Below, one piece after another: positions 1 through 12,900 of a stretch of DNA of 64,000 bases. A program made the position numbers and the translations under genes. Position 1 is the stretch's first letter; each line of letters begins with the position of its first letter. Source of the stretch: the human T2T-CHM13v2.0 reference genome, Homo sapiens; assembly GCF_009914755.1 (NCBI RefSeq), contig NC_060931.1, one strand, 5' to 3'. The notes under the pieces were generated by a model. It did not search any database and had not been told where the DNA came from. It saw nothing but the letters and a program-made list of their open reading frames with translations.

Positions 1-847
1 GCTCCGCGATCACTATAGAAAAGGTGGAATATGTGGGGAAATAGATGAGCTCTATTTCTTTCCTGTTTCAGCACTGACACTTGAAGAGACAAATGTCATT
101 TTAATCTTAGATGATTATGAATCCATGTATTCCAATGATATGAGCTCCATCCAAATACAGTAAAGGATAAATTGCATTATGTGACTCATTTACTCCTATT
201 TCTTCCTTTGTGATAAAAGTGCTGTATAAACCATCCCCCCAAAAAATTCCAAATAGATTGAATGCTCACCAAGTATGAAATTTATAACAAATTTAATACT
301 AAGTTGTATAGTACTGAATTTGTTTCCTGTTTTAAAATTATGGCACAGGCTATTTTCTTTTTACTTGGTAATTTAATACTCTACAATGATATAGAACTTG
401 GAGATTCTCACAAGGATGGAATTTTTTAAAAAATGCTGTTACATGTGAGAATCATAGACTTCTAGAGTAGGACAGGACACTAACAATCCTCTAGTCCAGC
501 CCTCTCATTTTATAGACGAGTTTATGCTAAGTATACACTTGTCACAAAGATTAGAAATGCACATCAGGATAGTGCTACCTCTCCTGTAATTCCTGCAAAC
601 TATTACTCAGAGCCACTGGTAAAGAGATAAGAAATGAATGTCATTAATTTACCACTGCAGAGACCAGAAGCAACATACAGAAATCAAAGTGCCTTGTTGA
701 TCAAGCTAGAGACGCAAGGACAGAATAGGCTGTGCTTTCACATTTGCAAATTATATTAGTTGAAGCTATTGAAAGGCAGGCATTGCAGCATCTTTGAAGC
801 AGAAATGGATTCATCTTCTCTAATACCGTGGCAACCAGAACACTTAC

Positions 848-972
848 CATCAACTCTAATTCTTTTTCATTATGTTCATCATGTTCCCTGTTTACATCTT
901 TTACATTTCGATTACTGGCTTCCAAATCTTCCTTGTCCTCATGAGAACAAATGATTGTTGGGATATAGGTAT
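848..972 (-). CDS. PPP1R3A: PPP1R3A coding exon 3 (125 nt)
   Basis: Acceptor cttttcag| and donor ATG|gtaagt. Reads (D)TYIPTIICSHEDKEDLEASNRNVKDVNREHDEHNEKELELM in frame after a 98-nt intron 2 (973-1070). Overlaps track ORF 701..925. Confidence 0.95.
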
Positions 973-1070
973 CTGAAAAGTTAATATAATTGTGCCTATG
1001 TAAGATTGTTTTAATTGTAGACTTTCACAAAAGAGACAAATTTGGTTTTAAAATTAATGAAGAATATTAC

Positions 1071-1129
1071 CTGTATTCTTTGGATTCTCAAAGTTATTTT
1101 CTTCTGATGTTACTGATGATTCTTCTTTA
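1071..1129 (-). CDS. PPP1R3A: PPP1R3A coding exon 2 (59 nt)
   Basis: Acceptor ttttaaatttaacag| and donor CAG|gtaata. Continues exon 1 in frame: (S)KEESSVTSEENNFENPKNT(D). Absent from the ORF track because it is short. Confidence 0.95.
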
Positions 1130-3864
1130 CTGTTAAATTTAAAAGAAAATGTTATATGTTTTTCTGGGACTGCATCTTCTAAGTATTTTTACACAGGGGG
1201 AAATTCAATCAGTAACAAGCCAAATAAACATTATATAGCCTTTCTTATTTTCCTATATTACTTGGGATTTTTTGAAATAAAAATGATCTTTTTGGAATGA
1301 TGCAATAGTAAGTATTGGTTGTAGAAAAATTTAAAAGTAATTCAAACAATGCCATATTTCTAAACAGAAACACACTCTATTTCTTAATATTTAAGAAAAT
1401 ATATTAAAACTTATATAACCAAAGTAAAAACATATGTAAATGTAGATTATTCTATCTTCAATGAATTTCATCTTTTCAAGTGAGAATGTTTTTCTCATGG
1501 CTTAATGATAAAATTTTATGAACTGACAGTCTATTTATGGTCATGGAAATTGCTAACATTTCAATTAATTTTTTGTGTTCCATTTTACTCAAAATTCTTC
1601 CAGTTGGACTAACATTAACTCTCTCTCCAGAAAAGCAAAAAAACACAAAAAGTAAAAGTAAGAAAGAAACAAGCTAACTAAAAAACTGAAAGGCAGCTAA
1701 ATTTATACTCAGTTAAAAGACTTTATATATGTATTGCCACAGGCCAATTTTAAAAGCAAGACTTTGGATCATTTATATGCAAGCATATACTTTCCTTCTT
1801 TAAAATGATTTGGGTTACATTTCCTTTTCTAGCATACCCTGCATACTGATTGTAAAAGACAAATACCTTTTTCCTTCAAATGTAATCTATTTGTAGTTGT
1901 ATTTGTGAAGTCATTAGAATTTAGATTTGTCCATGAAACTCAGGAGGAAAAATGTTGGTAAAAAAAGCTCACTTTGTGTATAGTTATGTCACAAGTCAAT
2001 TATAAGAAATATTTGGCGCAGTATACACATTTTCTTATACTCTCTCAACTGAATTTCCTTATGGTGCCTATTCTCAAGGACTTTTCTGCAACAAAAGAAA
2101 TCTGGAAAGTTGGCAATGGCTGATAAATTTGTGTAACAAGAGTCTAGACTTCATTGCATGAGCAATTCTGATCCAAATCCCAGGAAGGCCAATTTTATAT
2201 TCACAAATCATGAGAAATTGAAAATTCTTCCATCCTGACCATGCAAGAAGATAATTCAGTTTTATATATTTTTATGATTCATAATTTTAACTTTACTAAA
2301 AACATTTGGTATTTTTAGTGGGCCCACATATAGAAAATAATGCTTCTATATAAATATAATTTTATTAGAAAAATATACTGCTTGCATAATTGATACTGAA
2401 TTTATGAATCCATATTGCTTAATGAGGTCAAAAATTATGCCAAGGTTTATTTTTACGAAATCCAACTGCAGGCTGACACACCTTCCCTTCTCCATGTACA
2501 TGTTTATGTGCTTAAAAATATATAAACCATTAAACAGCATTTATTTATTCCTGCTTCGTCTCTATTCCCATACAATACTGAAAGTATTATTTGTAGAAGA
2601 AAAATAGTCAAAGATTTTTGTTCTTATCTAATCAAAATGCTACCAATCACTTCTCTAATTCAATTCTCTAATATAATTTAATTCTTAAAAAATGATCGAG
2701 TCAAAAGGACAGGAGCCTGCTTTAACTTATTTGGGGATAAAATAAGTATTCAACTATGTATTCTTATGTTAGTGTCTTAAAATGTAAATATAGAAATATA
2801 GGAGAAAAACTTCAAATTCAGGGACAAGTACAAATAAAAGTAGAAATAAATGAAATTTAAATATATGAAATATCTATAAACAAAAACAGAAAATACGTAA
2901 GATTTCTATGGGCAAAGTAATAAAATTATATCAAAGAATGTCAACAATCCTAAAAAGGTTGATAAACATACCATGTTCATAGATAGAAAATATTATGAAG
3001 ATGTCAATTCTCTCACAAATTGATCTACAAATTCAATACTAATCAAAACACCAAAACATTTTTTATAGAATTTGAAAATATTATTCCAAACAGAAAAATA
3101 AAGGGCAAATGATGGCTAAAATGTTTCTGAGAAATAGCAGGGAGGAGGAACTTTTTTTATCAGATTAAGTATTTTTAATGAAGATTTATTTATTAAGATA
3201 GTATTATATTGGTACAGAGTCAGGCAAACTAATAAGACAAGATTGAGAGCTTAGAACTTTGGTATATGACAAATGGTATATCCAGAACATTGGTATATGA
3301 CTAACATAGCATGTCAGACAATAGGAAATATGGTACTTTTCAGTAAGTTGAGAGAGAGAAAATGGCTACCAATTGGATTTAGATCTTAAATGTCAAAAAC
3401 CTTGAAATTCTTAGTAGAAAATATATGTGAATATCTTCTGGGCCTAAGAGTAGGAAATATTTTCTTAAGAAAAAAGAAAAAAAAGATTTAAAAAATTGGT
3501 CAGTTTAACTGTAGTAAAATTTAAAATGTTTATTAAGAGACTATGCAGTAAAAATAGAAGTTACAAAGTGGGAGAAGATGCTTTCATTACACAAAATCAA
3601 CACAAATAAGCATCAAGAATACATAATGAACTCCTACAAATCAACAAGAAAGTACAAACAATTCATTGTGTGTAGGGGGGCAAGGGTGCAGACATTTCAG
3701 AGAAGAGAAAACACATAGCCAATAAGCACATAATGGGACGGTCAGCATTATTAGAGAATAAATGAAATCAAGACCACAAAGAGCTATAATTTTATACTCA
3801 TTTAATTGATAAAAAATTAAAAGTCTGTTAATACCAAGAGCTGAAGATGGTTGAAGCTGCAGGC

Positions 3865-4155
3865 TTTTTTAAATTTTTTTGGACACAACGTTTTGCTCTG
3901 ACATCCAGGCTAGAGTCCAGCGCGCAATCTTAGCTCACTGCAACTTCCACCTCCCAGGTTCCTGTGCCTCAGCCTCTCAAGTAGCTGAGATTACAGGCAC
4001 AGACATGTGACACGACATCCTGCTAATTTGTACTTTAGTAGAGACAAGGTTTCACCATGTTGCCAGGCTAGCCTTGAACTACTAAGCTCAGGCAATCCAC
4101 CCACCTCAGCCTCCCAAAGTGCTAGGATTACAGGCATGAGCCACCGCACCTGGCC
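3865..4155 (-). mobile_element. Alu
   Basis: Reverse Alu sequence ending ...gagccaccgcacctggcc; CAGGCTTT flanks both sides as a TSD. Confidence 0.93.
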
Positions 4156-4497
4156 CCCAGGCTTTCTTGTACATTGCTGGTGGGAGAATAAATAGGTAAA
4201 AACACTTTGAAAAACAATTTGACCGACATTATCTTCAAAATTCAACATTTATATAAATGATGACCACTACTTCCATTCCCAGGTGTATACCCAAGAGAAA
4301 CTCTTGCATATATTACCTGAGATATCTAAAAGAATGTTCATGGTGTCATTGTTAACTGGAATGTCCATAGTGTCATTGTTAGCTATATAAGTCTTGAATC
4401 AACCCAAATCAACAGAAGAATAGATACAAAACTATTAATATCACAAAAAGGAATATTATACAACAATCAAAATTAACACACCACAGAAACACACAAT

Positions 4498-4876
4498 ATG
4501 GATAAATCTTAGCAATATAATATTAAATGAACCGTTCCAAAGTATAACAGAGGACATTCTTTTTATTAAGCTAAAAACTACCTATATATGTAAATATACA
4601 TATACCTATATATGTAAACGACCCTTGCCATATATATTATAAATTAAAGTTATATATAACTATATATAACTCTGTAATTTATATTATATAAATATGTTAA
4701 ATATTATATATAGGTATATATAGCTATAACTGTATAATTTATATATAACTATGTATATAGCAAGGGACAAGTAATTTTATTTACATATATAGGTAGTTTT
4801 TAGCTTAATAAAAAGAATGTCCTCTGTTATACTTTGGAACGGTTCATTTAATATTATACTGCTAAGATTTATCCAT
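4498..4876. repeat. Inverted repeat with 99-bp arms (4498-4596 and 4778-4876), 1 mismatch, and a 181-bp TA-rich spacer
   Basis: Direct reverse-complement comparison of the two arms. Confidence 0.95.
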
Positions 4877-5002
4877 TTGTTGTATGTCTCTGTGGTTTGT
4901 TATATATTACAAATTACATATATATAGCAAGGGATAATTTAATAATAAATAGTTACACTAAAAATAACTTGATTTTCAAGATATTATGGTTATATCAGGC
5001 GG

Positions 5003-5372
5003 TGATATGGTTTGGCTGTGTCCCCACCCAAATCTCATCTTGAACTGTAACTCCCACAATTCCCACAGTGTCATGGGAAGAACCCAGAGGGAGGTGATTG
5101 TATTATGGGGGTGGGTCTTTTCTGCACCATTCTCATGATAGTAAATGAGTCTCATGAGATCTGATGTTTTTAAAAACAGAAGTTTCCCTGCACAAGCTCT
5201 CTCTTTGCCTGCTGCCACCCATGTAAGATGTGACTTGCTCCTCCTTGCCTTCTGCCATGATTGTGAGGCCTCACCAGCCATGTGGAACTGTGAGTCCATT
5301 AAACCTCTTTCTTTTGTAAATTGCCCAGTCTTGGGTATGTCTTTATCAGCAAAATGAAAATAGACTAATACA
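5003..5372 (+). mobile_element. THE1-family (ERVL-MaLR) solo LTR
   Basis: TGATATGGTTTGGCTGTGTCCCCACCCAAATCTC...GACTAATACA termini; 5-bp TSD GGCGG/GGTGG. Confidence 0.93.
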
Positions 5373-6557
5373 GGTGGGTCAAATTAGGGAGAAGGAATCA
5401 GGAAATGAAATGAGTAGAATTCAGTCACTGTTTTGGGTGGTTGTTTTGCAGGTGCTTATTAATAATTTGAAATATATAAATAGTTCAATTCTAGTTTCAA
5501 ATAATTTATGAAGATAGAGTACTCTCTGGCCCACATTAGAGGCCACTCTGAAATTCAAAGTACTAGTCATATGACCAATTAGATCTAAAGAGTTGAATTT
5601 AAGAGCTTTAGAACATTTGAGAAAAAAGACAAATTGATGGTTGATGATGATAGGGCCCAGAACTATGACAATTGTGACATGAAGAAAGTATACTTTTGAA
5701 TATCTCTCATTTCACCTTTATGTTCCTCGAGTACTTTTTGATAAAGGAGAGTTTCATATTTTTCTGTGGCTAACACAGTGCCTGACATATAATAGTGGCA
5801 TAAGAAATGCTGTTGAGTGAATAAATGCACAGCATCGTCTCCACCCTCCCTTCTCCTCTCTACCTTTTGCCAACATTACTATGACAGTGTTCTTCTCTTA
5901 TTTCTTCATCTAATTTCAGAAAATAATCTAATATTTTAAAATATGTATATTTTTGTTTATCTTCTAAGACTTAAAGTATTACCCCTTCAGAGTTCAGGAC
6001 AATGTTTTCAATTATGGAGTCAATAATGAGTCAAGATTTAAGCATAATTTTAAAATCATTATAATTTTAGAAATTAAAAAGTAAAAAAGAAATTAATTAA
6101 TGGAACAATACTTTGTTTCCAGTGTACCTTAAATTATATAATATAGTCATCTATATTATTTAATCATGGTTTTTCTATTAGATATTTTAAAATATCTGTG
6201 TGTCATGAATTATAACAAACACTGAGAAACTGAAAATAAATATGCCCTAGTTTCTTATTTCAATGAAGCTATAATGTGAAGATGGAAATAGACATATCAA
6301 TAGGTAATTATAATTACTATAAGTGATAAGTATTATAATAAACAATGGGATATGATAGATATTCTCTTAGAAATAAGAAGAAAGGACAGAAGTTATCAGG
6401 AGACTGTTGGAGAAATCAGGAAGTTTATCTCAAAGTTACTAACATTCTGATTTAGGTTTTAGGGATAACTAGAAGTTTCCCAATTAGAAAAGAATACAGC
6501 CATTGTAGGCAGAGGGAACAACAGGTCGCCAAAGACAAGACTAAAAAAGCACAAAAT

Positions 6558-7001
<444 letters not shown>

Positions 7002-8577
7002 TTAGGTACTTTTTAACCAGTGGCATGGGGGTTAGGGCTAAACAGGAGAGAGACGTGGTCAGATTTACATTTACCAACGTATTTCTGGAGGTAATGTAGA
7101 GGAGAAACTGGACGGGATGAGCCACAGTGGAGCAGAAAGACTAATCAGAGGCTCCTGAAACATTTCAGGCACAAAATGATAAGGGCAAAGGGTACTATTA
7201 ATGAAGAAAGAGAAAAAGAACCAAATATGAGTTTTAATTTTTGTTGTAGCATCAATATGCTGTACATAGATTTTTTAATGCCCTTCTCTACCCAACCTCA
7301 GCCGCATTCATCAGAATTAGAAATCTACATTGTTGCCCCTTCCAAGACCTAGGCAAAGACAGTTAACTGAGGGATCCTGCACTACAAGTCAGCAAGGTCT
7401 TGAATTAGTCTGCAGATTGGTTTTGATGTTTTATGTGCTGGGTGACTTGCTTCCCAGGAGTTTATGTGGACACCTTTTTCAGGGTTCCTCCCTAACCTCT
7501 GGCACACATGTCTAGATGGTGAACCAGCAAGTTATTTCTAGGTTTCTGATTCCAGTCGTTCACTGAGGAAAATAAAATGTTTTCTCATTCACACTAGTCA
7601 CCTGGGTCCATAACATTCTAAGGAGTTCTTACCAACCTTTAGAAGGCCCCCTGGGGCATTCTACCAGATGAATTTCTAAGGAACTAGAAATCAAGTTCAC
7701 AAAGGAACTTTAAATATCTCAGCTGTTTAGAAGCCCTGTTACGTTGTCTCTCCCCTCTCTCATAAATACAGTAGATCTCAAATATAACAATAGTTCCCAG
7801 AATTGCCTTTCATGTCAAAAACTTCAGGCCCTACCTCTATAAAATCTAAATTAATATAGACCTGTATATGGAGGTGAAGATGGGGAATAGAGAATGATGG
7901 TGCTAAAAATTTCCTAAAATGATTTTGATGAGAGGCCAGATTTGCAAACTCCTAGTATGGACAACAATGCATCTCACTGCCCCACTGGATTTAGCTGCTC
8001 CTCCTTAGATGATAGACAGGTGGGAGAGTCATTCCTTTAGTTGCAATTCCTGGCCCCAAACCCAGTTGCCCTGCTTCTTACTAGTTTCATATGAGTTTAA
8101 AGCATGCTTTGCTACTATTTACATAACTCTTAAGATATCAAGAAATAAAGAATTATGCAGAGGTTTCTAATTTGGAGATCTAAAAGGATGGAACCACCAT
8201 TACTTGACATGGAGACTTAAAAGGAAAAGCATGGGTGAAAGAAAGAGGATAAGCTTTATTGAAGGAAACATGTTAAACTTGTAAACTCTTTAACCAAATG
8301 GGAAGTGAAAACTAGTGTTTGTTGAATGGAAAATGCCCAGATTGACATTTTTTCCTTTTTCCCTTACAATATCATTGCACAAAGGCTTGCACTATCTTTA
8401 TAAGTTGCGGTAAATTTTCCCTCACTTCAAAGAAATGAGACATAATATTGAAATTTTATGTGACGACTTCTAGTAGACATTAAATAAATATGCGCTGAAC
8501 ATAAGAAATGAATGTTTTCCAGGCAATAGTTACACTTGTAAAATGTAGTAGCAATTTTAAATTTATAGCAATCTGTA

Positions 8578-8880
8578 TTTATTCATTCAATGCATCATCA
8601 TTTAACAAATATTTAGTGAGTACCCACCAATTGTGAAATGTTGTGCTGGATTACCAAAAAAGCAAGACGGAGTCCCTGCTCTCACAAGCTAATGGGGAGA
8701 GTGGACAAGTACATAAAGCAACAGCGCCAGGGTATGATAACTGTGTGCTCCCTGAGGAACAGAGTGGGGTAGGAATACCTTCTAGAAGGACATGGCCTGT
8801 AAGCTGAAACCTAAATAAGAAGCCTTAGCTAGAGAAAAGGAGAGAAGCAATTCCAAGCTTAAGGCATTATATGCAAAAAC
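8578..8880 (-). mobile_element. L2 3' fragment
   Basis: attcattcaa...tttaacaaatatttagtgagtacc...tgtgctgg resembles the reverse L2 3' end. Confidence 0.55.
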
Positions 8881-9023
8881 TTTATCAGTAAAAAAAAAAA
8901 AGAATTATTCTCAACATGTCAAGTAATCCAAGATACAATTTAGTAAAAATGAAAGACTAAAGGCCCAGGGCACCAGCCAATTGGTAGTCAACTAGCTTAA
9001 GAGGCACAAATTCAAACCCAAAC

Positions 9024-9272
9024 AGTGCCTCTCAAAATGTGGTTCACAGACCTCCTATGTGAAAATGACCTGGTACAAATGCTATTCAGGGGCCAGAAAT
9101 CGGATCTACTGCATCAGCATCTCTGAGTGGGCAGTGGGAATCTGCATTTTTAACTGGAACCTCAGAGTTAGCTGAAGTGCACTAAAATTGGATCTACTGA
9201 ATCAGCATCTCTGAGTGGGCAGTGGGAATCTGCATTTTTAACTGGAACCTCAGAGTTAGCTGAGGTGCACTA
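9024..9272. mobile_element. MER5-type hAT-Charlie DNA transposon relic with an internal tandem duplication
   Basis: CAGTGCCTCTCAAAATGTGGTTC start and 'tctactgaatcag...aatctgcatttttaac' motifs; 83-bp segment repeated at 9102 and 9190. Confidence 0.75.
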
Positions 9273-9891
9273 GTGCTTGTCTAACTACATATATTAAAAA
9301 AGAATATCTGCAGACAGACACTCAGACTCCAGGAATGTGGTACACGAAGTGCCTCTTTACATCTCAAACTTTTCCAGCAAGTTACACACAATTATGCCAT
9401 AGCTCTACGCACAAAAGAATAAATGTTTGTGTATCTCATATGCACCCAGGAAAGAAGAAACACATTGTAGAATAGACCAATCATCATCTGTGACTTACAG
9501 AATAAAATAATGAAACATCAATGGGGTAGAAATTGAAGGACATTTTCAACCTATCTAATAAAATAAGTAAGCAAAAATAATTTGTGTTTCTAAGTCAGCT
9601 ATTAATCATTCAAAAATGTGAGTTCTACAGACTCTTTACCTCTGAGTCCCATGCAACTTACAGAAAGATTTATTTTACTTTTTATGCCAAATTCCTCTCA
9701 GATTTGTAAGAGACCTCATACTTGGATTGTCTCATCCCATCATTTTATAGAGAAAAGAAAACTAAAGCCCAGTTAAACAATATGGCAGAAGTCATACCAA
9801 CCAACTAGTGGCAAATCCATAACTAGCTCCAAGTTTCTTAGTCATTATGTTAGTGTTCTTTCCATAAAGGGTCAATATGTGGTGGAAAAAA

Positions 9892-9922
<31 letters not shown>

Positions 9923-12900
9923 ACCCTGCATGCAAATCTCAGTATTTCCGGTTACTTAACACTTACTAACTCAATTACTCACCATTTGACTTTAGTCAAG
10001 ATACTTAATCAACCTCTCTGCGCCTCATTTTTCTCTAAAATCTTGCCTACTCCTAACACAGAGTAATTATTTAGCATAGTTTCCAACACATGAAAGTGTT
10101 TAATAAATTATTATTGTTATTAGGAAATGTAGTAAATGGCACACTGATCATTAATTCTACATTATCACAAAAACCAATTTGTATGCTGCTTCTTTTACTC
10201 TGAGTTATCTATATTTTTAATGTTTACCATATTCTCTCATATCTTTAATATTCAAGGTACTTCTAAGAGTAAAATTTGCAGTCCATGATAGCATACTTGC
10301 TCAGCCATGTAAATATACCCTTATTATCAGAAGAGCACCCTTCAAAGAAAAATCATTAGATCTTCAGTGACAGTAACCTTTTATTTAAAAGTATCCTCTC
10401 TAAATACAACGTACACTGGCATGATAATTTGCACCTTCTTTCATTACCCAATTGATTTATTCAGTGCCAGGATTTAGACACCATGTTAATATTACTGCAG
10501 TTTCTGGATATGTTGCACTTTTGCTTTTGGAATTATAATTAATTTTAACACTGTCAAAATGTAGTCATTTTTAGTATAATAATATGGTTTTTCCAAAGGT
10601 CCTATAATGCCATTGTGCTAAAACCCCATATGTCTCTTAAAAAACGAGCAAAACCTCTTAAAGATCTATGCCACAAAGTCTAAGTCTGATGTGATGGAAT
10701 TACCCAACCAGTTAAGGTGAATGGCAGGATTAGGTTGTAAGCAGCAAAGTCTAACTCTGCTCTAAGAGGAATGAAAATGTTGGCATGAAAAGGGATCATT
10801 GCCAAAGTGAGTCATGAATATTGTATTTGTGTCTCCTTAACACTCAGCCTGAAAGTGCTCAGAATTTTCTAAACAGGACCAAACTTGGAATTCTTGGGCA
10901 TCACCTCTCACTCTATGATAAACAGCTAAAAAGTAAATGTGAAATTACTCAAGTTCAGACCAGCCCTCTTTGTTCAAAGCTTGTGATCTCATTTCTTTTG
11001 CTCTCCTTCTCTCCACAAAAGAAAGGAAAATAAATGACCTTTAAAATCAGAAATATGAGCCTCCTTTGAGATTTTTTAAAAAGTCACTCAAGAGTAGTAT
11101 GTCATTGGCACTAAGTGGACACATACAGAAATGTCGAACAGGTTTTCCAAGGGTAAATAATTATATAGTGTATTGTGGACTGTTTCTTTTCATAATGTTA
11201 TGTTGCAGCTTCTCTAAAAATTGACTTTCTAGAATTCTGCCATTTCATAGCCACTCATATATTGAAGAAAGGAAGAAAGTAAAGACTTATACTTAACAAT
11301 AGGCAAAATTCATAATACATTAGCCAACTACTACAGCTTAATATATTTTCCTTTGGTGTTACAGTACTGGCTAGTCTTCTCTTGATCAGGAATAAAACCA
11401 AAAGTGGATGAGGAACATTTGATTAAAAGAGGGATCAGTGTCTAATTGTGAAGAGAAGCGCCTGAGGAAAAACAAATTTAAGGAACTATGCAGAAGGAAT
11501 TAAGGATGAAAAGATGCATTAGGTTCAGTTTCTTGATGATAATGCCAGAAATGAAAACGAAATGAATACAGTTTGGCATGATTAACAGGCATTGAAAGAA
11601 GCAAAAAATAATCTCAAGAGAAACAGTGAGAATTTAAAAAATGTCTTTATATTCTTCTATGCTGAATCTGGGGACTAATAACTGACACAGTAAGGCACAT
11701 CGTTTTGTTTTGGTTTTGACCGACACATTGTTTTTTTGTGGGCATCACATTTCTTATCTGTAAAGTGAAAGCTCTGGATTAGATTAGAAGGCCACAAATA
11801 CAATACACTCATGCTGACCTTTCTCTCTAACACTCATGGCAAGCTCTGATAACAGATAAAGGGACTTCCTTGCTGCGGGCATATTGAGCCCCACTACCTT
11901 TCTTTTACACAGCCAGGCAGCCACTACCCATCAACCCCTTCATTGCTCAAAATGGAACCAATTTCACTTCTCAGCTTTAATATTAAATAACATGCCTTGC
12001 AGTTTAAGAGCTCTACATCTGTATAACTTAAAGGAGTATTCTGAGTATCATTTAGAGGTATTTAATTGAAAAAATTCTTAATATTTTTCAAAAACAAAAA
12101 TGCTGGTAGAATCAATAGAAATAACTGCTTACCTAAAATTGCAATATAGCCAAGGATAAATTGTCAATTAAATCATAAGATCAGTATTATTAATTTAAAT
12201 TTAATACCACAGAAATCTCACCTGCATAGCTTGTGAGCTAGTCTTATATTATTTCTACTACATGTAATGGAATGGTTTATTTCCATGATATTTTATTTAT
12301 GGCAAAGAAAACCTTTTCAAAAGTAAAACATTACCAGTATCTATAATTGATTAAGAAAAATACATCGAATATACCTATTATATAAGCTAATTTATTAATT
12401 TTAAAATGTGACTATAAACCATGGAAAACCACAAGTCCATTGGGGAAACTGTACTAAACTGCTCAAGCATTCAAGTAACTTAGAACATACCAATATGTTT
12501 GTGACCAGATTGTTTCATTGAATTATCTTCATCTTTGCATAAAACTGAGTTTGCATTTCTAAAAATCTTCTCTATTTCAATATCTAAGTTAGAACATTGC
12601 CCAGTACCTCGGAGCTTGATCTTACTGAAAACAAGAGGTACTTTGCCTTATTGATCCAGGAAATTTCAACAGCAGACAGAAAAGCAACTGAAAAACAATC
12701 TTATTGGAGAATTCTTTGCTAAATCTCTCTTCAAAAGTTTCTTCATTTTTTTAACTCTTCAGTTCCTACCAAGGATAACAGGTCTAAATTTGCTTTGTTG
12801 TGACAAAGTGGTAGGTGGTGGTGTTTTTTTCTAGCTCACCCCAAAGGAAATAGGGAGAAAAGACATTTTAGACTTAATTCTCTGATTGGATTGGGCACCA

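Larger units (their letters stand above)
2780..4990 (+). mobile_element. Old L1M-type LINE fragment (ORF2 3' part and 3' UTR), interrupted by an Alu
   Basis: Degenerate L1 motifs, e.g. 'acataccatgttcatagatag...gatgtcaattctc...aaattgatctacaaattcaat' and 'gtatacccaagagaaact'. Boundaries approximate. Confidence 0.7.

Noticed and set aside
1-20. CACTATAGAA resembling the end of SP6/T7 promoters
   Set aside because: The upstream promoter bases do not match and there is no vector sequence; a chance match.
701-847. Track ORF 701..925 as a separate gene or extended exon
   Set aside because: Its first part is PPP1R3A exon 3; beyond the consensus donor ATG|GTAAGT at 848/847 it is intron read-through.
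9102-9272. Direct repeats (also 46099-46151) as a CRISPR-like array
   Set aside because: Only 2-3 adjacent copies with no unique spacers and no cas genes, in a mammalian context.
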